NCBI RefSeq assembly: GCF_011745625.1
Contig: NW_027191460.1
Span: 310,001 to 374,000 of the forward strand
DNA from: Cladosporium halotolerans
Taxonomy: Eukaryota
Length of the DNA stretch: 64,000 nucleotides
Reading direction: 5' to 3'
Under the pieces are notes generated by a model that saw only the letters and a list, made by a program, of their open reading frames with translations, ran no database searches and was not told the origin of the DNA. This document shows positions 44,767-56,737 of the stretch, piece after piece. The translations under genes and the position numbers were made by a program. Positions within the stretch are counted from its first letter, which is position 1; each line of letters opens with the position of its first letter.

Positions 44767-47700
44767 TTTGGCGGTTGTGACTGCGGTTTGTTTACTTGAT
44801 CATTTCGGCTATTGGAGGGTGCTGCGATGCGCAAGAATTCGAGGTCGGTTGTCGAAGCGCGACGTCACGTGTCTGGGGTTGAAGGAAGGAAGTCGAGATG
44901 ATTCACCCTGTGTTCGATTGAAACAACTCTATACCAGGGCATGCACACCATGTTTCGTTAAAGGCACTGTGTGGATGAATGTAGTTCCAGTTAAGGTAAT
45001 GAAAGAATGGAAACATACAGGATACGTTCGCAACATGGGCAGCTATCTCGAGAAGACGGTGTATAAGATCTCGAACCATCGACAAAAGCAAGTTCGTCAG
45101 TCTTCTCGCAGTTATCCTTGTCAGGAGGCCCAGTGCGTCTGACAATAGCTGATTGTATCCGCACATAGGAGTTGGGACCGACCTCAGCAAAGGTTGCGAG
45201 TCGGCATGGGAAGCGCCAATGCCGCCCCTTTCGTGGTGCATCGCTACCTACTACTGGCGACCAAACTGGACGTCTCTCTGAGCACCAGATTTGGTGAGTT
45301 ACATGTGGACCTCCTCAAGTGGTATCCGCAAATCACGAAAGACACCTGCATCAACTTCTCTTCGCGTTCGGAGAATTTATTCCGAAGCTTCTGGTACATC
45401 TTCTGCCTCATCGCCTGGCTGCCTCGTTGCTTCGGAACAGTGAGAAAATTTCGCGCCAATGAGATTGTGGTGAAGTTTCCAAGCCCCCTCCCAGAAATCT
45501 AGTATGCATCCCGAATGATGATTCGAATGTCTTGCAGGAGGTGATCAAGGTGGTGGAGTGAGTTCGAAGAGGATTGGAGGTTGAAGGAAGGCGTGCCGAG
45601 CCGTGAACCGCCGGACCTTTTGTGCCACAGCTCGACTTCATCTCTTTCTAACGTTTGATGATATTGAAGAACGGCATCAAGCATCACGAAACCATCCTCA
45701 AGATGGGTGCAACGGAGAACCACAGAAGGAAAACAACATTTGTACGACAACCTTGACTCCTGCTTTGTCGAACGGTGGGCGGCACGGCACGTTTCTCTGG
45801 TTCGGTCAAAGCCCACGTGCAGTCGTTACCGAAGTGGCGTCTATGTGAGAAGCCATGTTCGTCGGAGTGCCCACACGTCCCCCAGATACTGCGATTGCCG
45901 AATGTTGCGCCGCACAGCTGCGTACGCTTTTGCCTGGCCTCGAAGCGAGCTGTGCCGCAACCCACAGAGGGCGTGCCAGGACCAAGTACTCGGGTCATGA
46001 CTGACGACAGGGAACTTATCTTGAAGCAAAGACTGTGTCAATTCTACAGATCTTCTGAGTTTGTTCAGAGTGCTTGGATTCTGAAGGGGAGCTTGACATC
46101 GATGCCCCCCAAAAATAACTAGCATGGGCCCAGGCACCTCGGACCGAGAACGCGACTTCAACTGAGCTGACAGAGGGTGTCTGGTGTCCTCGGCATTGGA
46201 GACTGCCGTGGTCAGTCGCCACTTTGTTCGCCAGCCCTGCCAATGCTCGGCCTTCACGATCCGAGCGTCAACGTCAACCCTGGCCTAGAATCGCTACATC
46301 GACCTACCATCTAGGAGCATCAGCGGCGACGAGTTGCAACACTCATGATGAGCCAGACCCAAACAATGTTGTGTAGACGCGCGTCCGACGTCGTCTATGC
46401 TGTGGCCTGTCATTCAACCGATGACTCTGGTGGCTGAACTCACTGGCTATTACATATTCGTCGTTCACCAAGCGCTGATCATAAGTATCGCGTACCGACT
46501 ATAGCCCTCGGTGGCGATGTCAGGCTAGGTTGTGGACGCCATCGTCAGCCAGCGGCAGACCGCTGGCCCGCCCGCGGAGGAGTCAGAGACACGTCGGTTT
46601 CTCGGCTAGAGCGCACATGACTTCGTTGCCGAAGCGAAGCGAACCCGCAAATCACCAAGACTTACCTGTCGTGCCGACCTTTGAGCCGCAAGCTCTGGAG
46701 ACGGTGTAGGTTTGTAGAAGCACTAGCATGTCATGCATCGAAGTGCGAACATTTTCGTGCCTGACGCTAAATGACGATGGACGGCCCGCAACTCCTGTCA
46801 GCTCTGACACCATCGTATGAAGTTACATCACTCTACATGATAGCACGAGGGCTTCAAACAAGGCAATGACGTCTTGCGTCTCACCGGAGACCCTAATCGG
46901 GAGAGAAATGTCGGACTCCTGACGCCAAACACGAAGCTGAGGAGTACAGCATGAGAGATATGCCGATCAACGATACTACTGATAGTGACCTTTCGCTTGT
47001 GGCGCGGAGACCACCACAGTCTACTGGTACCACCAAGAGAGCGCCTACTTTCGCCACAAACCTAAATGCGGACCTCAGCTTGTATCATGTCTACAAACCG
47101 CGCGAGGCGCCAGTAAGTGGGCCGGCGCCTCAGCCGGGAGGCTCGATCCGTTTCGCTCCCAGTACTGTAATATCGACAAGGTCACTTTGCGACGCGGGGC
47201 GCCTCACCAGCGGCCACCGCTTTGTCCTGCGAGATTTGCCTGGTCGGTCGAAGCAGGCGGGTCTCGGTCGAACGCTTCTGCTAGCAAATTTTCAACTCCA
47301 CCAATCGGTCTCATGCACCGTTCCGCAGACGAGACGCGATATGTGTTCCCATGCTTGCGTTTTACATGAATCGCGTAACCAGTCTTAGCTTTCACTACCT
47401 CATGACGGTATGGGTATTCTGCGATGAACAATTACAAACGCTCCAGTTGCGGCACAATGCGAAACGGTGCTTACTAACAATACCTGCGGGTGTAACGATC
47501 TGTGGCGCACGCGGCAGGGCGTGATTCTTACGGCCTGGCCAGAGGGTACGTCTGAATCGACACAGAGGTGGCGAAGCGCAACAGAAATTGTGGTCGGGCG
47601 CAGTTGGCGCATGCAGTGCGCATACATCGCTCTGCGCGCGCATGCAGCAGCGCTATGATCAGCCGGCAGCGCAAGACAGAAATCGACCTCGGCTCGTCAG

Positions 47701-48103
47701 GCGGCCTGCCTCCTTACCTCCCATATTGAAGCTCGTCGCCGATGCACGGACAGAGTCTGGTCCGTTCGAGATTCTGCTACCGTATGAATCTGGCTGTGGG
47801 CGGCTTGGGTTACGGCGGAAACACCGAGCCGACGACTGACTGTGTGCGACGAGCTCATCAAATCTCAAAGCCACAAGGTATTCTCCTGTCGGATCGTGCA
47901 GTCAGCCCAGCTGAACCCTGCCATCACTTGCGTCACCCAGATGCCGTCTGCACTGAAGCACACAAAGCCCTACCGCTATACAGTATGCTTTCTTGCCCTA
48001 TTCACGGCGCTGTCAGTGCTCGCACGGGTTGCGCCCCGAGATCCCGCCAAGTAAAGCTTTAAGGTGCTTCAGCGCTGAAGTTACGAAGGACCAGTCGCAG
48101 ACG

Positions 48104-48723
48104 CCCCGCCTGTATACAGCCTGTATATCGCGGGAGCTAGGCGCGCAAATTACATTAGATGGCAGCTCATGACAGGCCTGACAGCGCATCTATTGGCACC
48201 ACTGCAAGTTTAATACTTGAGGACTGCCTCGCTTACGGGACAAACCGTTCCGCAATTGGCTGTGTGGACGTCCAAAGCGCGAGACAGACACCGCATGACA
48301 TGCCGACAGAACCTCCAAGGCATGCAGGCGAGCGAGCGGCTATGCACCCCTGCGCACTCTCCGCAAGCTAGTTGAATGAGGCTGGGGCCGCCTCTTGCGG
48401 AGAAGATTGGTTCAGCACGCGAGAATATGCGGGGTCCTCCGTTTGAAATTACTGTGAGCGGCAGACGCGGCCCTGTCTTTCTGTCCATTCTACGATTGGC
48501 TCCAATTCGCATGCAAGGCTCCAGGAACCCATGGCTCCAGGAACCCATGACAACCAGTGCCATGTGCCTTGTTGCAGGAACCGGCCAGAATTCCCTTAGT
48601 GGCTTGCTGCAGAGAAAACCGCTGGCTTTAATGTAGCGTTAGGACCGGCCGACTGCCCACTATGCTTGCACTAAGCCGGCCCTACTTAAGTGCGCAGAAA
48701 GTCAGTCCTGTCATCGGGCTAAA
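48104..48723 (+). promoter_or_regulatory. Promoter of the ClrB-type TF with clustered CreA/Cre1-type SYGGRG sites, CCAAT boxes and a GGCTAAA (XlnR-type) motif
   Basis: SYGGRG on either strand at 48104, 48359, 48382, 48397, 48429, 48519 and 48535. GGCTAAA at 48717-48723. ATTGG/CCAAT at ~48406, ~48495 and ~48502. Confidence 0.5.
48517..48548. repeat. Perfect 16-nt tandem duplication GGCTCCAGGAACCCAT x2
   Basis: Seen directly. Confidence 0.85.
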
Positions 48724-48821
48724 TGCCTTCGGCAATAATGTCGGTCTGAACATGTACAAAGGAATGCCTGCACGGCACTCACCAACGGAGCCTTCATTGT
48801 GACAACACAACCACACTCTCG

Positions 48822-51529
48822 ATGTACCACACGTTCCAAGCTGCTACGCCCACGCTGGGCCCCGACGATGTAGCCAGCGGCAAGAGTGGACGACCTGGTG
48901 GGCCTCGGAGAATCTCCACCAGCAACGCCTGTGTCGAATGCCGCAGAAGGAAGATCAGATGTGACGGTCTTAAGCCCTGCGGCCAATGTCAATGGTACCA
49001 GCACCCAGAAGCATGCGTGTATTCTAAACCGACACAACGAGTCGTTCCGTCACGGAAGTATGCATTCATTCCATTTCGTTCGCTCATACACACTTCTAAT
49101 CATTACGCTCCCACAGACTCGTCGACAAATTGCAGTCACAAGTCGATCAATATCGTGCGGTGTTCTCCCGTCTGTATCCGGGAAAATACATCGAAACTCT
49201 CGTCCATTTACCACGGGAAGAACTTATCAACCTCGCCGTGACTCTTCCTGTCCCAGCAACTCCACCATCCAGTGATGGAGATCACATGCCTCCTCCTGGT
49301 AGCGTTGTGACCGAGCAGCGCAAAACCAATCGCGCCGAGAGCATCGAGGCACTCGAAGATGCCCAGAATGACTTTCCGCCGCTGGATGAGGAGAAGAGTC
49401 ACAAAGTGAAAGTGCAAGGCATCTCTGACGACGTCCATGGCTTATCTCTAGTTTTCGACAGACAGTCTTCCTACGTCGGTGTCTCTTCCGTCAATGCTGC
49501 GCTGAAGGTCATCTTTAAAGTCGCACCCGTCGCTCGGCCGTTCGTCGCACAGAGCTACAACGAGACAGCATTCCCCAGCCGCGCGAACACACCACCACCT
49601 CAGCAACCTAGCGATACCGATCCAGACTATACCCCACCTCCTGACGTTGGCCACAAGCTGATCGAATCATACTTCGCCCATGCCCATGTCCTCATGCCGA
49701 TGATCGATGAGGATCAATTCTGGCACACTTGGCTTTACGGTGAGCGAAAGGACTCATCATGGTTGGCGCTCTTGAACATGGTCCTAGCCATCGGCTCGTT
49801 AGCTTCCGGGACTGCCGATAACGACGACCACATATCTTACTTCAAGCGTGCAAGGAGCCACCTGGACCTTGAGACCTTTGGCAGTGGTAATCTCTTGACT
49901 CTACAGGCCCTGGGCTTGTTGAGTGGCTACTACCTGCATTGGTTGAACAGACCCCATGAAGCTAATTGTCTCATGGGCGCAACACTCCGAATGGCAACAG
50001 CTCTTGGTTTGCACAGAGAGTACAGCGAAAGTCAACAACGTGTACAGGGATCGGGAAGAGACAAGGACAGCTCCGATGTCCCAATAGATGTTCGTCGAAG
50101 GACTTGGTGGGGGTTGTTCATCCTAGACACATGGGCAAGCACCACGACTGGGCGACCGTCTCTCGGACGCTACGGAGCTGGCATCACAACACAAAGCCCA
50201 CAGATATCTCAACAGCTCAACAATGCTCAGTATCTGGCTTCCTTGAAACTCTTGCCGGTCATCCATAACATCGCCTTCTGCAAGATTGCGACACAAATCC
50301 AAGACCATCTTGCTGAGCAGACTTTGCCCGAGTTCGAGAAGATTCTGCAATTTGATGCTGAGCTCATCAAGTGGAACGAGGATTTGCCACCCATGCTGCG
50401 ATCCGCGCGCCCTGTCACGGCGAAAGGCCGTCAACGAAGCGTGTCCCTTCCTCAGTCGGCTCGTTCGGGCATCCGCACACCTCCGTCGACAACCAGCAGC
50501 CTCAAAAATGTATTCGACTTCTCTCAGCCACCAGAGCGCGATGTGAGCTGTCCAGACTTTCTCAAAACACCACGGTCGATCATGCATTGGCGCTATCACA
50601 ACATGCGAATGTTGATGCACAGGCCATTCTTGCTGGCAAGTACTCTTCGTCGCGCATCCAACGCAAGTTTGAGCGCTGAAGAGCGGGTCGCCGTCTCCCG
50701 CTGCCGAACTTCCGCTGGCCAATCCATCGCGGATATCAATTCCAACTGCGCTGAAAGCGTCGTCGCTGGCTGGACCGGCGTCTGGCTGATGTTCCAAGCC
50801 GTCATGGTACCCCTCGTCTCTCTCTTCGGGAGCCTGTCCCTTTCTAACACAAACCCGTTCCACGAGCCTCAGAGCGATCGGCCCTTAAGCCCGACAGGGA
50901 TCAGTGTATCCGGGAGCGAGAGTGCATCTTCTGCAACAACAGGAAACGACGGCCTTGAAGAACAGTGGCGACTTCAAATCGAGACGGCAATCGGATTCTT
51001 TGACCGAATGCGCCCATGGTGCTCCACAGCGGCGAAGAATAAGGAGATTGTCGAAAGACTGTATCAGGCCAGCCAACATGTTGCCGAGTATCAGGGACAT
51101 TTCATCCGCCCCCAATCACATCATTTGCAGGCACTGGCACCTCTCGGGTTGAGCCCGGGCAATTTCTTCTCTTTGGACACGAACCTCCACAGCAACTTCT
51201 CGCCACCCACTGTTCATGGATTTAGCATGCAGTTCAATACAATGCAACCTGCGGCTGGCCGTGATGGCAACCCAGGGCCTCCAGCAAGTTACTGGGGTCT
51301 TAGCCCCAACGGCGACGCACGCATGAACGTCTTCTGGGACGACATGATGTGGGATAGCTTCCCCACTGCTATGACCGAAGACCCGAGTTTAGGCCAAATG
51401 TCCGCTCACGAGTTTGACTGGAACTTGCTGCCGCAAAGCGCCGAGACTAGTCAGTCTGGTTGGCAGTTCTGGCCACAGGCCCCGCATGAAGGCGGGATGA
51501 ATGCCCAAGGGCATGGCTCCGAGCCGTGA
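48822..51529 (+). CDS. clrB: Zn(II)2Cys6 transcription factor with fungal middle-homology region; ClrB/CLR-2/ManR-like cellulase regulator (intron 49058-49116)
   Basis: MYHTF start, ACVECRRRKIRCDGLKPCGQCQWYQHPEAC, SRKLVDKLQSQVDQYR.VF..LYP, SDDVHGLSL…SYVGVSSVNAALKVI, RMATALGLHRE and RRRTWW. The N-terminal pattern recalls Aspergillus ClrB. Confidence 0.75.
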
Positions 51530-52984
51530 GGAGGTGGGGCGGCTTGCGTTCCGGATCACATGGTGTTACACAAAACATGATTATAATGACGACCTTTTGA
51601 TTTCAGCACACGCTGGCGTGTACGTTGCGTACACCGCAAAAGTACGAAGTTCTCACGACACGATACGATTACAGCTCCAAAATAAAATTCGATTGCTTTC
51701 CTCATACGTGCAAGATACTTGACAACTGGGGAACTGTTTCCATTGTCGTGCCACAACTCATCATCTCGCGCTCAGCGTCAACCCAGCCGCTGATACTATG
51801 GCGCAAACACGTGGCAGAACGCCGTAATACGGCCGACTTCGACTCTCTGATCAGGGCAGAGGATATCCCGTCGATCGCAATCTATCGATATTGTGGCAGT
51901 CCTTGGCCACACCACACTCCCACGGCCAGACCCATCAATGCTTCGATCCAGTTCCGTAGACGTCTCGTACCAATAAACTCAGCCACAAACACCCGGGCCG
52001 CCGGCCAAAATCCTCCGCTTCGGATTCAGTACGACCTGACGACTCCCACGTGACGGTCACGCCTCGCACTTTAGCCGAGAGCGCCCTTGCTTCGCTTGCA
52101 GGATTCGGAGCAATAGGGTTGGCCGCCACCCGCCCTGGGGTGCGTTCGCCTGCCCCATGGGGCGCCCCGTTTCTCACAGGTCACATTACTTTGACTTTCT
52201 ATAGACGGCTCCTGCGTGCGCTTACTTGCATGCCAGGGTCATGCGTCGTACCTGCACGGCTGCACTACTGGCCGGACGGAAGGAACAGGAGCAGATGACG
52301 GGCTGCAGGGGCGCTGACGGGCCTTGGCGATGTGGCCAGGCCAAGGCTGTAGGTCTCTCGAGTGGTGTGTTGTCGTCGTTGCACGAGACTCGCTCGGTTC
52401 GGGTCCTCTCGGACCGAGAGTGAGCTTTTTGCAGCGTCCTGTTATGGTCAATGCTTTGCATAGCCGATTAGGTTTCGATGAATCTGGATATAAGGCGACT
52501 CTAGGGCAAGCTCTATATGTCTTCTCACAAATGGCTGGACGCCTGGCGGCAATATGGTGTAAGAGGTCCATTCCATGATTTGGTAAGAACATCAGCGTTT
52601 AGCCATGCTTCATGTCGCAACGCAAGCTTTGGCATATGTTGTGTCCTCGTCGAATTATCTCGTTGGAATTCGTTCACGTGTATCGGATGGCTTGATCGCC
52701 TTGGTGTTTCGCACGAGACAAGCAGATTCGTGGCTAATTTGATCGTCACACCAATATTTGACGACGACACAAAGGCTAATGAATTGAGCCGGAATTACAG
52801 GAACTGGCAATCTTCCAAGTTTCTAATCTTTTGCAACAAACAATTGATCCGGAGATACTGGACATCGATATCAATGATGTAAGAATGATAACAGGCAGAT
52901 GTCGCTGATCACATGAGCCGTCAGAAGTGGTAGCGATTCTGGAGCTGTCCTACTGCTCACTGCGCTCGGTACCTCCGCCAGTCA

Positions 52985-54454
52985 TCAATCACTATCGTCT
53001 AACATCGACTGCATGCGATAAATTGGTGGTGGAGGGCGTGAATCACCAGGCTTGGGTCCGGTACTATCGCCGACATGCTTCATGTCCTGCAGAAGCTCTC
53101 TAATTTGTGATTCGAGAGTCGAGAACAACTTGCTGTCCCGAACAGAGTCCGGAATATCGACACTTGGTAAAGCTGAATCGGTGTCCATGTCTCCAGCGTC
53201 TGTTGTCTGCCCAAGGTTATCGTCCATTACGCCGTCTGGCTCGCCTCCGGCAATGAGCAGGAGCGAACCGACGAAAAGCTCTTTCAGGTAGGCGAAGCTG
53301 AATCCGTCCGTGAGTCTTGCGACGACGGAGCATATCTCTTCCGAGAAGCCGACCTCGTCGGCGTCAGGCATCTTATGCCGCCAGTAGTGGCAATAAGCAA
53401 GACGTTCCTGCTCGGTTGGAAGCTCAAAGTGATACTTCCGATCGAAACGGCTTGGTCGTTTGGTCACCGAAGGATCCAACTGGTCAAGGTGGTTCGTCGA
53501 ACCGATCATCAGTATCCCGTCGTTGTTGTTCAATCCGTCGACTTCGTTCAGGAAGTAGCTTCGAGCACCGTCGCTGACAAGACTGTCCAGATCTTCGAAC
53601 ACCAGCAGACATGGAGCTTGCCGACGAGCCTTTTTGAATATCTGCTGGATAGACCACTTCGGACCGGCGCACGAGTCCAAAGACTTGACGTATAGTGTCG
53701 GCACGGGAGTTGGTCGAGCAGCGACAGACTTCATCAGCATCTTGATGAAGAGCGTCTTGCCCACGCCAGGGACTCCGTGGAAGATGATGCCTCTCTTCCA
53801 GGGGATTCTGAACTTCTCATACGAATCGCGACTATCGAAGAAGTCGTCGACGTCCTGGCTGAGCTTCTTTCGCACCTCGGGGCTCACGATCACATCTTCC
53901 CAAGAGCTCTGTTGGACACTTGCCCAAAGCTCCTTGTTCTTGGACCACCTCGCGCTGTCAAACACCCACACCTCGTCATGAGCTTCCGCAGTCCATCGCC
54001 CAGCATGCTTCAGTAAGTGGTCAACAACTACATTATGCGAGTGCGACTCAAGCACAGGACACAAGATGTACAAGAGCTTTGCGATCCGGGAGAAGCGGTC
54101 AAGGTAGGATACTTCGTACACTCTAAAGTTTCGAGTTTCGAACTTGTAGTTCCACAGTCCGAAGTTCACAACATTCTCGAGTCTGCCAAATGCAGAATCA
54201 AGCCGAGATGGCGGTGCCTTATACACGCGGAGAGCATCAAATCCATCCCAGGCGACCGAGACTGCTTTAGCATGTCCAGCATTGGCGAAGCCGATAAGGT
54301 CGCATTTGGATGGTGTTGTTCTGACGATGTGAGTCTCAGGATAAGCTTTGCGCAGCAGAGTGTGGACGAAGTTGTCGGTGTCTATCTTCGCGGCACTGGT
54401 ATGGTCCTGCCATGAAGTGAACGCTGTCTCATGAGCGGCAGGAGTCGAATACAT
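52985..54454 (-). CDS. Fungal single-domain AAA+ ATPase (BCS1-related clade), 489 aa
   Basis: PWKRGIIFHGVPGVGKT (Walker A), LLVFEDLD (Walker B), and SRH with Arg fingers in STNHLDQLDPSVTKRPSRFDRKYHF. Confidence 0.9.
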   Translation of the reverse strand: MYSTPAAHETAFTSWQDHTSAAKIDTDNFVHTLLRKAYPETHIVRTTPSKCDLIGFANAGHAKAVSVAWDGFDALRVYKAPPSRLDSAFGRLENVVNFGLWNYKFETRNFRVYEVSYLDRFSRIAKLLYILCPVLESHSHNVVVDHLLKHAGRWTAEAHDEVWVFDSARWSKNKELWASVQQSSWEDVIVSPEVRKKLSQDVDDFFDSRDSYEKFRIPWKRGIIFHGVPGVGKTLFIKMLMKSVAARPTPVPTLYVKSLDSCAGPKWSIQQIFKKARRQAPCLLVFEDLDSLVSDGARSYFLNEVDGLNNNDGILMIGSTNHLDQLDPSVTKRPSRFDRKYHFELPTEQERLAYCHYWRHKMPDADEVGFSEEICSVVARLTDGFSFAYLKELFVGSLLLIAGGEPDGVMDDNLGQTTDAGDMDTDSALPSVDIPDSVRDSKLFSTLESQIRELLQDMKHVGDSTGPKPGDSRPPPPIYRMQSMLDDSD

Positions 54455-54748
54455 GGCCCGGAGAGTCGATCGGCCGGAATGCTAGGGAAGCAGACTGGAG
54501 TCGACGGAAAAGCAGCGGCCGACTTGAGCGCTGTCAAGAGCGTTGCTAGGCACTGAATTTCTACGGTGATGCGGCTGATGTGACGCATCAAGCAAGGATG
54601 CGCAGCTGTGTTCGCTACGCAAACGAGCAACACTTGACTGAATTTGGCAAACAGCTCAAGAATCTACCACGTTCAACACAGCAAGACCATGTCAGAGCAA
54701 ACCAGGTGCATAATGGAGCTATCACAATTGATCGCGTTGCCTGCGTGC

Positions 54749-55450
54749 CTACTCCTCACCACTCGGCACGTGACGATCCACCCCCAGAATATGAGTCTCA
54801 ACTACATCTGCTTCCAGCCTCCATTTGACCGCGCTGGTGACGTATTCACTGCTGTGCTTGATGTGGCCCTCATGGTTGTTCCACAGCTCCACTTTCTCAG
54901 CTTGGAATCCCGCCCGGAACTGCTTCCTCGATGTAAACATGCAGTGCAGGACATGCCACTCTCTAGTTGCGTAGTAGCCTCTGCCCTCTCTAGCAAAAGA
55001 GTCAATCTCGGCATTGTCGATGCGCAAAAAATCCGTCTCGTTCTCCGATCCGAACGTCGTGGTCGGCTCAAAATACGGCCATGAGCCGTTGGCGTCCGGG
55101 CCAGATGCGTCGAATTCAGCAACGAGGTCATTATCGATGCAATGTTCTGGCAGCCAGTCGACGGCTATTTGGTCGTACCGACAACCCATTGCCATGGCTT
55201 CTGCATCTGTCGAGCCGCACCAGCAGTTAGGTCGGGCGGTCTTCAAGCTGGCTTCGATGCTTTCGAACGCTCGTCTAGACCCATCAAGGAAACCCCATAC
55301 AGCCAAAGCAGATACCGTCCAAAACAGACACATCCTTCTCCAATGTGAGCCATTTTCAAGAGGGACCTTTCGACCAGCTGGAGGGGGCGAATCTGCCGGT
55401 CTGAAATGATCGCATTGAGGGCATGCCTCGATGTCTTCTGTAAGTTTCAT
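54749..55450 (-). CDS. UstYa/DUF3328-like twin-HxxHC membrane-anchored protein (second motif reads HIKHS)
   Basis: N-terminal TM anchor, CWCGST.AEA.A.GCRYD…WLPEHC.D, WHVLHCMF..RKQFR and EGHIKHS. Confidence 0.7.
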   Translation of the reverse strand: MKLTEDIEACPQCDHFRPADSPPPAGRKVPLENGSHWRRMCLFWTVSALAVWGFLDGSRRAFESIEASLKTARPNCWCGSTDAEAMAMGCRYDQIAVDWLPEHCIDNDLVAEFDASGPDANGSWPYFEPTTTFGSENETDFLRIDNAEIDSFAREGRGYYATREWHVLHCMFTSRKQFRAGFQAEKVELWNNHEGHIKHSSEYVTSAVKWRLEADVVETHILGVDRHVPSGEE

Positions 55451-56737
55451 GGACTCAACAGATCTCTGTTGAGATGAGGTCAGCTAGAAGTCTCCGATAG
55501 CATATCATACGCGTGGTACACTAACGTTGGTCATCGTAATAGAGCTCATGGAAAGCAGCCCGCGAGAGAACTTTCTAGCGCTCAACATTGATGAAGCAAC
55601 GAAAAGGACTCAGGTCTTGTGCAAACTATTTGAGACTATGCAAGAGCTTCAAGAGCATTTGGTCTTGTCGCTGCAGATGGTTAGCCCGGACAAACTCCGC
55701 CCTAAAGAGCAGGTTCATGGTCAGTTGAGTCAGTCCAGTCGTTTGTTGACAACTCCCGAAGCATGCACTTCCACGGTACTATGAAGGCACGCTGAGCTTC
55801 CATTTAGCCTAGTTCACCTTGCATGACTTGAACAGCCCCATGCTTGTCGACCGCGTCACAAGATCAAGCGTACAAGCTAGTCTATCGCACTGGTCGCTTC
55901 GAGCGTGCTCATTGATCCACGCGTCAAATTCGAAGACATTGTTACAGGGTACTCCTCGAACAATATTTCATTACCGAACAGGGCAAAAGTTGCATTTGCA
56001 TAAGTTTTACTGGCGAACAATCGATGATGCCACTTGCGTTGAAGCACGTTCTCACCGTACGTTCAGAGAAAAATGCCGCAGAACTAAGCGAAGTCGACGA
56101 GCTGCATGTAACGCATTTATCGAGCGTAGCTAAGGTCGTACAAGTGTGAAAACCCTGTGGTTAGTACGATTCCAGAAGGTGAAAAATGACAAGACTCTGG
56201 GCTTTGCGAGGGAAAGGCGCCAATGGCAGATCATCGAACAATGCCGGTTAGTATCAATGTTGCGCCGCATGCATGTTTATGCGCAGTCTTCTGGACGAGC
56301 TCCAGAGCGATGTCAGGATTGGAAGGCACTGATCTCGGAAGCCAACCGGGACCCACTCCAATGCCGGGTTCATTACAGTTCGCACGACTTGCGGCACCTG
56401 CATGCAGGCTTCTAGCTTCATCTGTATACCAAGACGCAAGTTGCATCAGACTCCTCTTGCGCGTATACCCACGTTGTCAACTTGACTGGCGAATACGTAC
56501 GCATCAATCAACAGTTCGGGCATGCTTGCAGCATTAAGCTACTCACAATTTTTCCAGCCGAGCATCGTCAGATGAGCATGGACCCAGCGGTATCAGTCGC
56601 GAAGCGAAGCAAGTGGTCGACAACGCATTCAAAGACATAAAAATGGCCGCAATCCGCCAACAGCAGCACTTAATCTCTTCCATCATCTGAGAAAGCACTC
56701 CCTCCCGACAGTCCAACCAATCCAACCAACCACCAAA

